Shown here in pieces: positions 33,504-43,056 of a DNA stretch of 64,000 bases. The notes beneath the pieces are model-generated. The model was not told the origin of the DNA and ran no database searches. It saw only the letters and a program-made list of their open reading frames with translations. Origin of the DNA: Thermodesulfobacteriota bacterium (lineage in GTDB: Bacteria > Desulfobacterota_D > UBA1144 > Nemesobacterales > JAJCZQ01); NCBI GenBank assembly GCA_965203965.1, contig CBDBDR010000017.1, positions 864,911-928,910 of the forward strand, in the 5' to 3' direction. The translations under genes were made by a program, and so were the position numbers. How positions within the stretch are numbered: the stretch's first letter is position 1; each line of letters begins with the position of its first letter.

Positions 33504-34415
33504 CTACTTGCCAAACAAGTTGGCATTTCCATCCCTGAAAAACACAAGAAAAACGACCCCAGTTATTATCAGTATGCCACCAAACATTTTCCAAATAGAA
33601 GGCAGATCATTGAAAATAAAATAAGACAGTATTACAACAAACAATGATTCCAGTGGCAGAATTGCCGTAGTTCTTGACACGTCCAACATTTTTATTGAAT
33701 GAAACTGACACGCTTTGGCTATACAAGCTCCACTAACTCCTCCCAGTCCCATAAATACAATATCTGCAAAATCAGGTGCATCGAACGTCCCCGTCAAAAT
33801 CAGGTATGCAAAAAGCACAATTGATACACCTAGAGTTCTCAGGGTTGCAACAGTAAGCATATTCAAGTCATTCGCTATTTTTTTGACAAGAAATGAAACT
33901 AGCGAGTAAAGCAATGCTGCCGAAATTGCAGTTACAGTTCCAATCATCAGATAACTATCCTTCTGATAAGCCACTATGATGCCTCCGGCTATTGTTACAA
34001 CAATTCCGAGACTTTCCCACTTGTTCAGTCTCTCACCCAAAAATAACATCCCCAGCACAAGTGAAAATAAAGTCTGTGTTTTGAGCAGAAAAGACGTTAA
34101 TGCAGGACCTATCGTCCAAAGTGAGAACATCCAGAGTGAAGCACCCGCAGAGGTCAATACTGAAGTGTATATAAATATATTCCCATAGCTGCGAAGGTTC
34201 CTAATCTCTTTGCGCTGAGAAGGAATAAAAGGAGAAACAAACAATGAAAATATAAAAGCTCCAAAAAACCAGAAAAAAGCTGTACTTTCTGGGTCTAGGT
34301 CTTTATCCATGATCTTTCCAATTACATAGGAAAGAGAGGTGAAAAAAGCGCTACCCACCAAAAGCAGATAACCGAATAGAGGAAACCTGATTTTATTATA
34401 ATTGAAGTCAGACAT
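33504..34415 (-). CDS. EamA/DMT-family transporter
   Basis: Ten predicted TM helices arranged as duplicated EamA-like halves. Confidence 0.7.
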   Translation of the reverse strand: MSDFNYNKIRFPLFGYLLLVGSAFFTSLSYVIGKIMDKDLDPESTAFFWFFGAFIFSLFVSPFIPSQRKEIRNLRSYGNIFIYTSVLTSAGASLWMFSLWTIGPALTSFLLKTQTLFSLVLGMLFLGERLNKWESLGIVVTIAGGIIVAYQKDSYLMIGTVTAISAALLYSLVSFLVKKIANDLNMLTVATLRTLGVSIVLFAYLILTGTFDAPDFADIVFMGLGGVSGACIAKACQFHSIKMLDVSRTTAILPLESLFVVILSYFIFNDLPSIWKMFGGILIITGVVFLVFFRDGNANLFGK

Positions 34416-34518
34416 AGTTTAATATTGCCGCCGGCACCGCCTATAAAAGTTGGTTCAACGGGAAAATATACTGAAACCAAATAGACAAACCGTAAAATTG
34501 AAAGATGGTATAACCCGG

Positions 34519-34935
34519 CTATCGCTTTCTTTCAACGGCAATGGAAAGTTTTGAAAACCCCTCGGACTTCGCCATGTCCATCACCTCTACCACTTTGCCG
34601 TGTTGCACTTCCCTGTCTGCTTTTATAACAACAATGGATTCTTTATACTCGTGTCGTTGCAGTTGTTTTCTGACTTGATTAACGGAAGATAGCTCATCAT
34701 CGTTATAATAAATTTTTCCATCTTTAGACAGGTTGATCGTTATGTTTTCCCGTTTTATGGGCTTGGCAGAGGAGGATTTTGGAAGCTTAATGTTTATGCC
34801 TCCTGATACTATAAAATTCAGACTCAGAGCGAAAAATATAAGAAGATTAAAAACAATGTCCACCATAGGTGTTAAATCAAGACCTGAACCAGGATGCCTA
34901 GACCTGAACTGCATTGATGTTCGTCTGAATTTCAT
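34519..34935 (-). CDS. exbD: biopolymer transport protein ExbD/TolR
   Basis: Single N-terminal TM (LDLTPMVDIVFNLLIFF) and a periplasmic domain. Forms an operon with the upstream MotA/TolQ/ExbB homolog. Confidence 0.85.
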   Translation of the reverse strand: MKFRRTSMQFRSRHPGSGLDLTPMVDIVFNLLIFFALSLNFIVSGGINIKLPKSSSAKPIKRENITINLSKDGKIYYNDDELSSVNQVRKQLQRHEYKESIVVIKADREVQHGKVVEVMDMAKSEGFSKLSIAVERKR

Positions 34936-35576
34936 TACTGTCCAACAGCCTCTGATTTTTTTGATAGAACCAATTTTGCAATTTCTTTTGATTCCTGTTC
35001 CAACAACACAACAAGCTCTTCATACCTTGACGATAGGTATTTGTATGCAAGAAAAGTTACGATTGCAATGGAAAGACCGATGGCGGTCGTATAAAGTGCC
35101 TCAGATATCCCCCCTGCTAATGCCGGCGGGTCTACAACGTCCTGCGAGGAAATTACTCCAAAGATTTTTATCATCCCGGAAATTGTTCCGAGCAACCCAA
35201 GCAAAGTGCTGACAGTACTGATGACCGCGAGTATATCTACATACTTTCCAAGCGTAAAAACTTCATGGTGGCCGACTCGTTCCAACTCCTCGGACATTCT
35301 TTCTTTTGTATAATTACGCAAGTCTATACCAACGGCGGCAATTCTGGAGATTGAAGAATCGTTTTGACGACAAAAATCCAGTGCCTCTTGCATTTTCCCT
35401 TTGTTAAGAAAACCGTAAAGCCTCTCAAGAAACACTCTTGAAATAACTTTTTTACCTCTCATGTCTGAGTATTTTTTAAGAAAAATTGCCAAACCTACCA
35501 CCGAACATAGCAAAAGAGGCCAGATAAATATACCGGTTTTGACTATCAATTCTCTAAGTGGTTCTAAAAACTCCAT
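34935..35576 (-). CDS. exbB: MotA/TolQ/ExbB proton-channel protein
   Basis: Three-TM MotA/TolQ/ExbB architecture. Its stop overlaps the exbD start. Confidence 0.85.
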   Translation of the reverse strand: MEFLEPLRELIVKTGIFIWPLLLCSVVGLAIFLKKYSDMRGKKVISRVFLERLYGFLNKGKMQEALDFCRQNDSSISRIAAVGIDLRNYTKERMSEELERVGHHEVFTLGKYVDILAVISTVSTLLGLLGTISGMIKIFGVISSQDVVDPPALAGGISEALYTTAIGLSIAIVTFLAYKYLSSRYEELVVLLEQESKEIAKLVLSKKSEAVGQ

Positions 35577-35629
35577 AACTTTTTATCCTCTTGTATTTAA
35601 GGTTTATTGTATTACTAAATGACAATCTT

Positions 35630-36892
35630 TTAAAGAAAAAATGGTATTTTTTCTCCTCTCACCAGATCATTAAATGTTTCTCTTTCCTTTATTACTTCAA
35701 ATCTGTCTCCTTTTACCATCACCTCAGCTGCCCTTGGTCTTGAATTGTAATTGGACGACATAACAAACCCGTAAGCCCCGGCGCTGAGTACCGAGAGATA
35801 ATCCCCTTTAGAGACAGGCGGGAACTCCCTATCAACGGCAAGAAAATCCCCCGATTCACATATCGGTCCCACTATGTCAAATTCCATACTTTCCAGATCG
35901 CTTGACTTTTTGACGGTAATTATCTCATGGTGCGAGTTGTAAAACGCAGGTCTTATAAGGTCATTCATGGCAGCATCAACAATAACGAAATTCTTGGATT
36001 TCCCTTCTTTAGTGTATAGAACCTGTGTTATCATCACACCCGCGTTCCCTATCAATGAACGTCCAGGCTCAACTACTATTTTACAGGAATTTCCCAATAC
36101 CGACTCCTTTATGACCTTTGCATATTCACCAACAGGCGGAGGTAACTCGTCCATTTTGTAATTTATAGCAAGTCCGCCGCCTATATCTATATACTTGATC
36201 TCAATATTTTCACTTCTCAAAGTATCTGCAAGCAAAACCAGCCTTCTAACGGAGTCGGAAAATGAGGAGAGATCAAATATCTGAGATCCTATATGTGCAT
36301 CTATTCCTACAATATCTACTCCCTCCATTTTTGAAGCATCCCTGTATACTTGAACAGCTCTATCCAATTCAATTCCAAATTTACTTTTTTTGAATCCCGT
36401 AGATATATAAGGATGTGTTTGTGGGTCTATATCCGGGTTAACTCTCAGAGCAATTGGCGCTTTCTTACTCATCTTTTTGCCGATCTCGTTAATTGAATTA
36501 AGTTCATCAACTGATTCAACATTGAAAAAAAGTATCCCAGCATTTATGGCTGCCTCTATTTCTGACCCAGTTTTCCCAATTCCCGAAAAAACTACTTTTG
36601 ACACATCACCACCAGCTTTGATAACACGTTTTAACTCTCCAATAGACACTATGTCAAAACCGGCACCCAAGTCAGCAAATGCTTTGAGGACTGCAATGTT
36701 GGAATTAGCTTTAACGGAAAAACAGATCAGCGAGTCCGTGTCCGAAAGTGCCTCTGAGTAATTGTTGAATTTATCGGCTATTGAATTATAGCTGTATAAA
36801 AAGCAAGGCGTACCAACGTTGTCAGCAACTTCCCTGATGGGGACGTTTTCCATGTATAGCTCGTTATCTTTATACTGAACGGAAAATGACAA
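35630..36892 (-). CDS. lysA: diaminopimelate decarboxylase
   Basis: Fold-III PLP decarboxylase (TPCFLYS...FSVKAN, GGG, EPGR). 420 aa. Confidence 0.9.
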   Translation of the reverse strand: MSFSVQYKDNELYMENVPIREVADNVGTPCFLYSYNSIADKFNNYSEALSDTDSLICFSVKANSNIAVLKAFADLGAGFDIVSIGELKRVIKAGGDVSKVVFSGIGKTGSEIEAAINAGILFFNVESVDELNSINEIGKKMSKKAPIALRVNPDIDPQTHPYISTGFKKSKFGIELDRAVQVYRDASKMEGVDIVGIDAHIGSQIFDLSSFSDSVRRLVLLADTLRSENIEIKYIDIGGGLAINYKMDELPPPVGEYAKVIKESVLGNSCKIVVEPGRSLIGNAGVMITQVLYTKEGKSKNFVIVDAAMNDLIRPAFYNSHHEIITVKKSSDLESMEFDIVGPICESGDFLAVDREFPPVSKGDYLSVLSAGAYGFVMSSNYNSRPRAAEVMVKGDRFEVIKERETFNDLVRGEKIPFFL

Positions 36893-37016
36893 TCAAAGCA
36901 TCCTTAATAGATGGGTGGGTATGAATTTAACAAGATGATTAGAAAAATCAAACTGATCAGATAATCTTACAAAGGTTTGACACGGCGGCAGCTTACACTG
37001 CCCGCTGCCTACTTTT

Positions 37017-38972
37017 ATGACAGAAAATTTTAACGGATTAAAGGTGACCTCGTTTGAAAGCCGTCTCTCAGAAGAGATGAAAAGGCTGATCTCCTATCAT
37101 GGTGGTATCGCCAGAGTTTCCCCCTCTATGAAAGAGTTGCCGGTTAAATCCACAAATATATCAAAATTTATTGAAACCCTCTACCAAAATAAAGTTGATG
37201 TGCTTGTTCTGTTTACAGGTGTCGGAACGCGAATGCTATCTGATTATGTAAAAAGGGAATGCGATTTTGAAAAATACACGGCAGCTTTGAGCAAGATCAG
37301 TATAGTTGCAAGAGGACCGAAACCAGTTTCAGCACTAAAAAGAATTAACATAAAGCCCAAAATTACAATTCCTGAACCAAACACGTGGAAAGATGTCCTG
37401 CAGACTATGGATGGGAAACTAAAGATCAATAAAAAAACGGTTTACGTCCAGGAATACGGTATTTCCAATAGGGAATTTATTAAATGCCTTGAGGAACGAG
37501 GGGCAAAAGTGGAGACAATAACCGTTTATAAGTGGGGATTTCCTGACGATTTAAAACCTCTTGAAGATGCAGTAAGATCCATAGACAACGGCAGGGAAGA
37601 CGTTGTCCTGTTTACAAGTTCACAGCAAGTTGTAAATCTTTTCAGCATAGCATCTGGATTGGGCTTGAAAAATAACCTGCGCAATTCTCTCTCTGACGTA
37701 GTTGTTGGTTCCATAGGTCCGACTACAACGGAGACACTGAAAAATTATGGAATATCTGCAGACTATGAACCCGACAGACCAAAGATGGGCAATTTTGTCA
37801 GAGAACTTGCAAGAGCTTCAAACAGGCTCTTGCTGAAAAAAAGAAAAGCACGCAATCTTGGAATAGAAACTTCTGACTGGAAAAGAATTGATATGGTCTG
37901 GGACAATAATGATCCCCTGCAAAAAACAAACAAAAAACGAGATTCAGTTTTTTTGAAAGCATGCGATCTTAAACAAACTGATTATACCCCTATCTGGATA
38001 ATGAGACAGGCGGGACGGTTTATGAGAGAATACAGGGAGATAAGATCAAGGGTATCTTTTCTGGAAATGTGCAAAACTCCTGACCTTGCCGCCGAAGTAA
38101 CTCTTATGGCAGTTGAGAGGCTGGACGTTGATGCAGCAATTATATTTTCGGATATTTTACTCATATTGCAGTCGCTCGGACTTAACTTGGAATACAGTGC
38201 AAATGATGGTCCTAAAATCAATAAAGCACTGCAAACTCCCTCAGCAGTTGATTCACTGCTTGAATTTGAGCCAGAGTCAATGGAGTTTGTATACAGTGCA
38301 ATAAAACTGACCAGAAGAGCACTAAATCCGCAAAAGTCATTAATAGGTTTTGCAGGAGCTCCCTTTACCCTCGCATCCTATGCAATTGAGGGCGGTGGTT
38401 CACGCGGTTACGAAAAAACCAAATCCCTCATGTTCAAAGACCATAATGCCTGGAATTTACTGATGACCAAACTTACCAATGCCACGGCAACCTATCTTAA
38501 CAAACAGATTGATGCAGGAGCAGATGCCGTTCAGATCTTTGACAGCTGGGTCGGCTGCCTATCTCCGGGTGACTACGGCGAATTTGTCCTTCCACATACA
38601 AAAAATCTTGTAAAAATGATAAATAAAAACGTACCAATAATTTTTTTTGGCACGGGCACTTCATCACTTTTAAAGCAAATTGCCGAGACAAAATGCGGGG
38701 TTATAGGTATTGATTGGAGAATTGATATAAAAGAAGCATGGAAACAGGTGGGTTATGACAGGGCAATACAGGGCAATTTGGATCCGGTTGTAATGCTTTC
38801 CACTCAATCACACGTTAACGATGAGGCAAAAAGAATTTTGAATGAAGTGGATGGTAGACCGGGACATATTTTTAATCTTGGGCACGGCGTATTGCCCGGA
38901 ACTCCCGTAGATAACGTTTTATCTTTGGTTGACACTGTCCATGAATACTCATATAAAATGGGAAAAGGATAA
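37017..38972 (+). CDS. hemD-hemE: fusion protein: uroporphyrinogen-III synthase (N) + uroporphyrinogen decarboxylase (C)
   Basis: Residues 1 to about 270 resemble HemD (two-lobed HEM4 fold: LVLFTGVGTR...VVLFTSSQQV). Residues from about 300 onward carry the UroD signature TPIWIMRQAGRFMREY and the rest of a UroD barrel. The ORF is continuous at 651 aa. Confidence 0.8.
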   Translation: MTENFNGLKVTSFESRLSEEMKRLISYHGGIARVSPSMKELPVKSTNISKFIETLYQNKVDVLVLFTGVGTRMLSDYVKRECDFEKYTAALSKISIVARGPKPVSALKRINIKPKITIPEPNTWKDVLQTMDGKLKINKKTVYVQEYGISNREFIKCLEERGAKVETITVYKWGFPDDLKPLEDAVRSIDNGREDVVLFTSSQQVVNLFSIASGLGLKNNLRNSLSDVVVGSIGPTTTETLKNYGISADYEPDRPKMGNFVRELARASNRLLLKKRKARNLGIETSDWKRIDMVWDNNDPLQKTNKKRDSVFLKACDLKQTDYTPIWIMRQAGRFMREYREIRSRVSFLEMCKTPDLAAEVTLMAVERLDVDAAIIFSDILLILQSLGLNLEYSANDGPKINKALQTPSAVDSLLEFEPESMEFVYSAIKLTRRALNPQKSLIGFAGAPFTLASYAIEGGGSRGYEKTKSLMFKDHNAWNLLMTKLTNATATYLNKQIDAGADAVQIFDSWVGCLSPGDYGEFVLPHTKNLVKMINKNVPIIFFGTGTSSLLKQIAETKCGVIGIDWRIDIKEAWKQVGYDRAIQGNLDPVVMLSTQSHVNDEAKRILNEVDGRPGHIFNLGHGVLPGTPVDNVLSLVDTVHEYSYKMGKG

Positions 38973-38980
38973 GGTATGAG

Positions 38981-39904
38981 ATGAAAAAAGATTTTGGAGC
39001 AGTATTGCTAATTGGATACGGAGCACCTGAGAAGCCAGAAGATATTATTCCTTTTCTCAAAAACGTAGCCAGTGGATTTTCCATACCTGAAGACAGGCTG
39101 AAGGAAGTGGCACATCACTATGAGCTTATAGGCGGTAGATCACCATTAAACGAGTTGACGGAGAAGCAAGCGGAAAAGTTACAAAAGTTATTGTCAGATG
39201 ACGGGTATAAACTCCCGGTATTTATCGGTATGAGAAATTGGAATCCTTTTATATCGGACAGCGTAAAGAAAATAGCAAATTTAGGAGTTAACAGGGTAAT
39301 AGGGGTTATAATGGCTTTACACCAGTCGGATGCAAGTTGGCAAAGATACCAGAGAGACGTTGATGAAGCTGTTGCAAGGATCGGGATTAAAACTGAATTT
39401 GTCTATACAAAACCGCTTTTTGACAACCCACTATTCATACAAAGCAGTTCTAATCAGGTAAGGAAATGCTTTGAGAAAATTAACGGTTCAGAGTTAGAAA
39501 ACACAAAGTTAATATTTACGGCACACAGTATTCCTGTAAAAATGGCAGAAGCCTCTCCCTACGTTGCACAGTTTGAAAAATCAGCCAGATTGGTTGCAGA
39601 AAATCTACGGCATAAAAGTTGGATGACTGCCTACCAGAGCAGAAGTGGTTCACCAAGTGTCCCATGGCTTGAACCGGACGTCTGTAACGTCATCAGTATT
39701 CTGGGCAACAAAGGGGTTAAAAATATAGTGATACAGCCAATAGGCTTTATGTGTGATCACGTGGAGGTACTTTACGACATCGGAATAGAAGCACAGGAAG
39801 CCGCTGAAGAAGCTGGTGTGAATTTGCATATTGCCAAAACTGTGAATGATGATGACCTGTTCATAAGAGCTATCTGTGATGAAATTGTAAGTAAAATCCA
39901 GTGA
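38981..39904 (+). CDS. hemH: ferrochelatase
   Basis: N-terminus AVLLIGYGAPEKPEDIIPFLKNV. The HSIP and CDHVEVLYD motifs are present. 307 aa. Confidence 0.9.
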   Translation: MKKDFGAVLLIGYGAPEKPEDIIPFLKNVASGFSIPEDRLKEVAHHYELIGGRSPLNELTEKQAEKLQKLLSDDGYKLPVFIGMRNWNPFISDSVKKIANLGVNRVIGVIMALHQSDASWQRYQRDVDEAVARIGIKTEFVYTKPLFDNPLFIQSSSNQVRKCFEKINGSELENTKLIFTAHSIPVKMAEASPYVAQFEKSARLVAENLRHKSWMTAYQSRSGSPSVPWLEPDVCNVISILGNKGVKNIVIQPIGFMCDHVEVLYDIGIEAQEAAEEAGVNLHIAKTVNDDDLFIRAICDEIVSKIQ

Positions 39905-41310
39905 AAATTGCAATAATTGGCTCCGGAATATCAGGTTTGAGCAGCGCCTATCATTTGAACGTATTGGCAAAGAAGTTAGGTGCAGACATTGAAATAGATA
40001 TAATGGAAAAAAACCATGCACCGGGCGGCGTAATCTCAACTATAAAAGAAAATGGCTTTATATTTGAAGAAGGAGCCGATTCTTTTATTACTACCAAACC
40101 TTGGGCTCTTGAAATATGTAGGGAAATCGGACTTGGATCCAAACTGATCTCTCCTTGTCAAAGTAATAGAAGAGCTTTTGTATATTTTGACGGCAAGCCA
40201 AACGCTCTGCCTGACGGATTTTTTCTCATGGCACCCTCAAATGTAAATTCATTTCTGGCAAGCGACTTTTTTTCCGGTAAGGAAAAAGAAAGGATATTAG
40301 ACGAACGGCTCGTTTGCGTAAAAGAAGACAATCTGGAAGAAAGTGTTGATGATTTTGTCAAAAGGAGATTCGGAAATGCCCTCCTCGAAAAAGCAGCCAA
40401 GCCACTGGTTGGTGGAATTTACACAGGCGACACAAAAAAGCTAAGTATTAATGCCGTCTTACCTGAATTTGTTTTAATGGAGAAAAAATTTGGCAGTGTA
40501 ACTAAAGGATTGCAGGAAAAACACGGAACTTCAAAATCCGAAAGTGGGGCAAGATACGGTTCATTTTTATCTCTGCAGGACGGCATGAGCACGTTGGTCA
40601 ATGGTCTTGTTAAAGCTATAAATGGGGTAAATTTTCACTACAACTGCAAAGTAATATCTATCCATAGGAAAGACAATAAATGGGTCTTGACTGATAAAAA
40701 GAAAAAAGAGCGTTTTTTTGATGCACTTGTGCTGGCTGTCCCTCCTTATACCGCATCCGAACTTGCCAGAGATATAGATACTGATTTATCAAATGCGCTG
40801 AAAAAAATTGAATCCGCTTCCTCAATCGTTGCCAATATTGCGGTCTTAAAAAAAGATCTGGTAAATTTCCCCAAAGGAGCAGGCATTGTTGTCCCCCCTT
40901 CAGAAAAAATGAACATATTGTCATGCTCTTTCACAAACCGCAAATTTCCGGGCAGATGTGCCGATGAATACGAGATAGTAAGATGTTTTGCAGGGGGAGT
41001 ATTAAACCCTGAACTGCTTTACAAAAATGAAAACGAGATAGCCGATCTTATTATCAGTGAACTCAGATTGATACTGAATGCAGACTTAAAACCTTTGTTT
41101 ACAAGAATAAAAAAATATTTCTACACAATGCCTCAATACAATCTTGGACATCTGGATATAGTCAGAAAGATCAACAATAGAGTATCTACCTTAAAAACAG
41201 TCGCCATTGCAGGCAACGCCTACAATGGCGTAGGCATCCCGGACTGTATTAAAAGCGGGCAAAACGCCGCAAATCTCATTTTGATCGACACTGTTCAGAA
41301 CAACAATTAA
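39901..41310 (+). CDS. hemY: HemY-type protoporphyrinogen/coproporphyrinogen oxidase (FAD)
   Basis: Rossmann IAIIGSGISGLSSAY and the amine-oxidase fold. The start overlaps the hemH stop (GTGA). Confidence 0.85.
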   Translation: MKIAIIGSGISGLSSAYHLNVLAKKLGADIEIDIMEKNHAPGGVISTIKENGFIFEEGADSFITTKPWALEICREIGLGSKLISPCQSNRRAFVYFDGKPNALPDGFFLMAPSNVNSFLASDFFSGKEKERILDERLVCVKEDNLEESVDDFVKRRFGNALLEKAAKPLVGGIYTGDTKKLSINAVLPEFVLMEKKFGSVTKGLQEKHGTSKSESGARYGSFLSLQDGMSTLVNGLVKAINGVNFHYNCKVISIHRKDNKWVLTDKKKKERFFDALVLAVPPYTASELARDIDTDLSNALKKIESASSIVANIAVLKKDLVNFPKGAGIVVPPSEKMNILSCSFTNRKFPGRCADEYEIVRCFAGGVLNPELLYKNENEIADLIISELRLILNADLKPLFTRIKKYFYTMPQYNLGHLDIVRKINNRVSTLKTVAIAGNAYNGVGIPDCIKSGQNAANLILIDTVQNNN

Positions 41311-41322
41311 AACGCTTCAATT

Positions 41323-42312
41323 TTACAGACAGTCTTGTTGTTTTTCCGCAGAGAAAACACCAACGAAAGTTACGGGGTCAGAATCAGTTGTCCCTAATCC
41401 AAAAGTCCCCCCTATTTGGTTCGCATTATCCCCGAAGAACTGAGCACCCCAGTTTCCCATGGGATTTCCCGTGACACCTGGCGGGAGTATTGAAAAAGAC
41501 ACCTTACCTCTGTAAAGCCCATTATTATCTCTTGAACCAGTTTGTTCAAGGCTAATTGTTGTGTCATCAGTGTCTTCCTCCCCTGAACCACCCGTCAGTC
41601 TTCCTCGTATAGTTCCATCCGCCTCAAAAATCAAATCAACTGTCCCAGCCAACAAGGCCAAATCGTCGTCGTCATAAAGAACGCCTGCTACTCTCCCACT
41701 ATAACACGTTCGTGAACTTGGAATACTACTTGCCGGTGTTTCCTGTGCATTAAATCCATCTGTAAGCATTCCCCAAATAATTTCATCCCCTGAATTAAAG
41801 TAACACCAAAACCCAAAAACCAATGGGTCATTACCTCGGAAAATAGGTATGAACTCATCCGAAGAAGTACCTGTTATATCGATAAAATCTGAAAAAATCG
41901 CTGCTAAAGCATTCCCGTCATCCGAAAAACAAAACTGACTGGGATTCTCCACAGGCACCGTATCTTCTGTAGTATCATCGGGTTCACACCTGTTCATTCT
42001 TATATTATCATTGATAGTAACACCGCTAATAGTATTTCCTGTTCTATTAACAGAAACTCGGTCAGAAGTTACCCCTTCACTATTCACACTACTTCCCTGT
42101 ATAATGCTTCCCGCTCGTGGCAGACTGCTTGCAACTGACATAACTAGTGAACGAGTCGGCTCAAGAACATCATCTCTTACTAATTGCCCATCAGAAGGAC
42201 CCCCAGAAGAACCCCCATCAGAAGAAGAACTCCCACAGGCACAGATAGAAAAAGCTACTGCAACAATACTCAACATAGGTATTAAACGGTATTTCATAAT
42301 TCGCACCTCCAA
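41323..42312 (-). CDS. surface lipoprotein with a Tbp/fHbp-like C-terminal beta-barrel (hypothetical)
   Basis: Lipobox ICACGSSSS, a Gly/Ser-rich linker, and a C-terminal segment (FFGDNANQIGGTFGLG...FVGVFSAEKQ) reminiscent of TbpB/fHbp-type lipoprotein barrels. Weak recall. Confidence 0.4.
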   Translation of the reverse strand: MEVRIMKYRLIPMLSIVAVAFSICACGSSSSDGGSSGGPSDGQLVRDDVLEPTRSLVMSVASSLPRAGSIIQGSSVNSEGVTSDRVSVNRTGNTISGVTINDNIRMNRCEPDDTTEDTVPVENPSQFCFSDDGNALAAIFSDFIDITGTSSDEFIPIFRGNDPLVFGFWCYFNSGDEIIWGMLTDGFNAQETPASSIPSSRTCYSGRVAGVLYDDDDLALLAGTVDLIFEADGTIRGRLTGGSGEEDTDDTTISLEQTGSRDNNGLYRGKVSFSILPPGVTGNPMGNWGAQFFGDNANQIGGTFGLGTTDSDPVTFVGVFSAEKQQDCL

Positions 42313-42394
42313 GTTCTGTATGCCGTTAATTATACACCAATCACATCTTAATTGCTTTAATTTTCAACCTTATTGTTTAATATTCTTTTAGTAT

Positions 42395-42469
42395 GCCAAC
42401 GTAGCTCAGTGGTAGAGCAGTTCACTCGTAATGATCAGGTCAGGGGTTCGACTCCCCTCGTTGGCTCCA
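42395..42469 (+). tRNA. tRNA-Thr (anticodon CGT)
   Basis: Acceptor GCCAACG/CGTTGGC, D-arm GCTCAGTGGTAGAGC, anticodon loop CTCGTAA, T-arm GGTTCGACTCC, encoded CCA. There is one T-T mismatch in the anticodon stem. Confidence 0.8.
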
Positions 42470-42535
42470 TGATCAAGCGTTTTGGTTTTTTACCTACATG
42501 GCAAAGCCTCCCGCCCTGCTCATCTGAGGAGTGGT

Positions 42536-42793
42536 TTACAATTTTGTGCCTTCTATCACATTTGATCTTGTTGCCCCATGGGTCACGTTCATCTTAATGT
42601 AAACAACATCTGGCACAAGCGAGTATACGTTCAATTCTCCCAGAAACCTCATTGCGTCCCCATGCAGGACGTCTATACGTTTATCATCCCAATCAAAATC
42701 ACGATTAACCAACGATGGAATGAAACTTTTATACTTAAGTTGTTGTTTTAATTTTCCAGCACTTTTATATCGTTTTTGGAAAGCTAAGTTCAA
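42536..42793 (-). CDS. hypothetical small protein (possibly the 3' part of a frameshifted gene)
   Basis: 85-aa ORF in a different frame from the 69-aa ORF 53 bp upstream. No domain recognised. Confidence 0.2.
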   Translation of the reverse strand: MNLAFQKRYKSAGKLKQQLKYKSFIPSLVNRDFDWDDKRIDVLHGDAMRFLGELNVYSLVPDVVYIKMNVTHGATRSNVIEGTKL

Positions 42794-42846
42794 GGGAGAA
42801 ACTACGGTGATTTTAAGTTTTCAAAGGCTTTACAAATCGAAACAGC

Positions 42847-43056
42847 TTAAAGAATCGCCATCATATACTCGCCTGAGTCCGTTTTTGTAACTGTATTATT
42901 CCCAACAAGTCTTTCAAGCGATTGACTCACTTCAAGCTCGGAGCAGGCAAAATCTCTTTTAAGCAACAATGCCAACTCGTATTTTTTTATTTTCTTCCCA
43001 TATTGACGTAAATTCCTTACGATTTTACGGTCAAAATTGTCCGCATCTTGCATCAT
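42847..43056 (-). CDS. hypothetical small protein
   Basis: 69-aa ORF whose start overlaps the pfkA stop. No domain recognised. Confidence 0.2.
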   Translation of the reverse strand: MMQDADNFDRKIVRNLRQYGKKIKKYELALLLKRDFACSELEVSQSLERLVGNNTVTKTDSGEYMMAIL

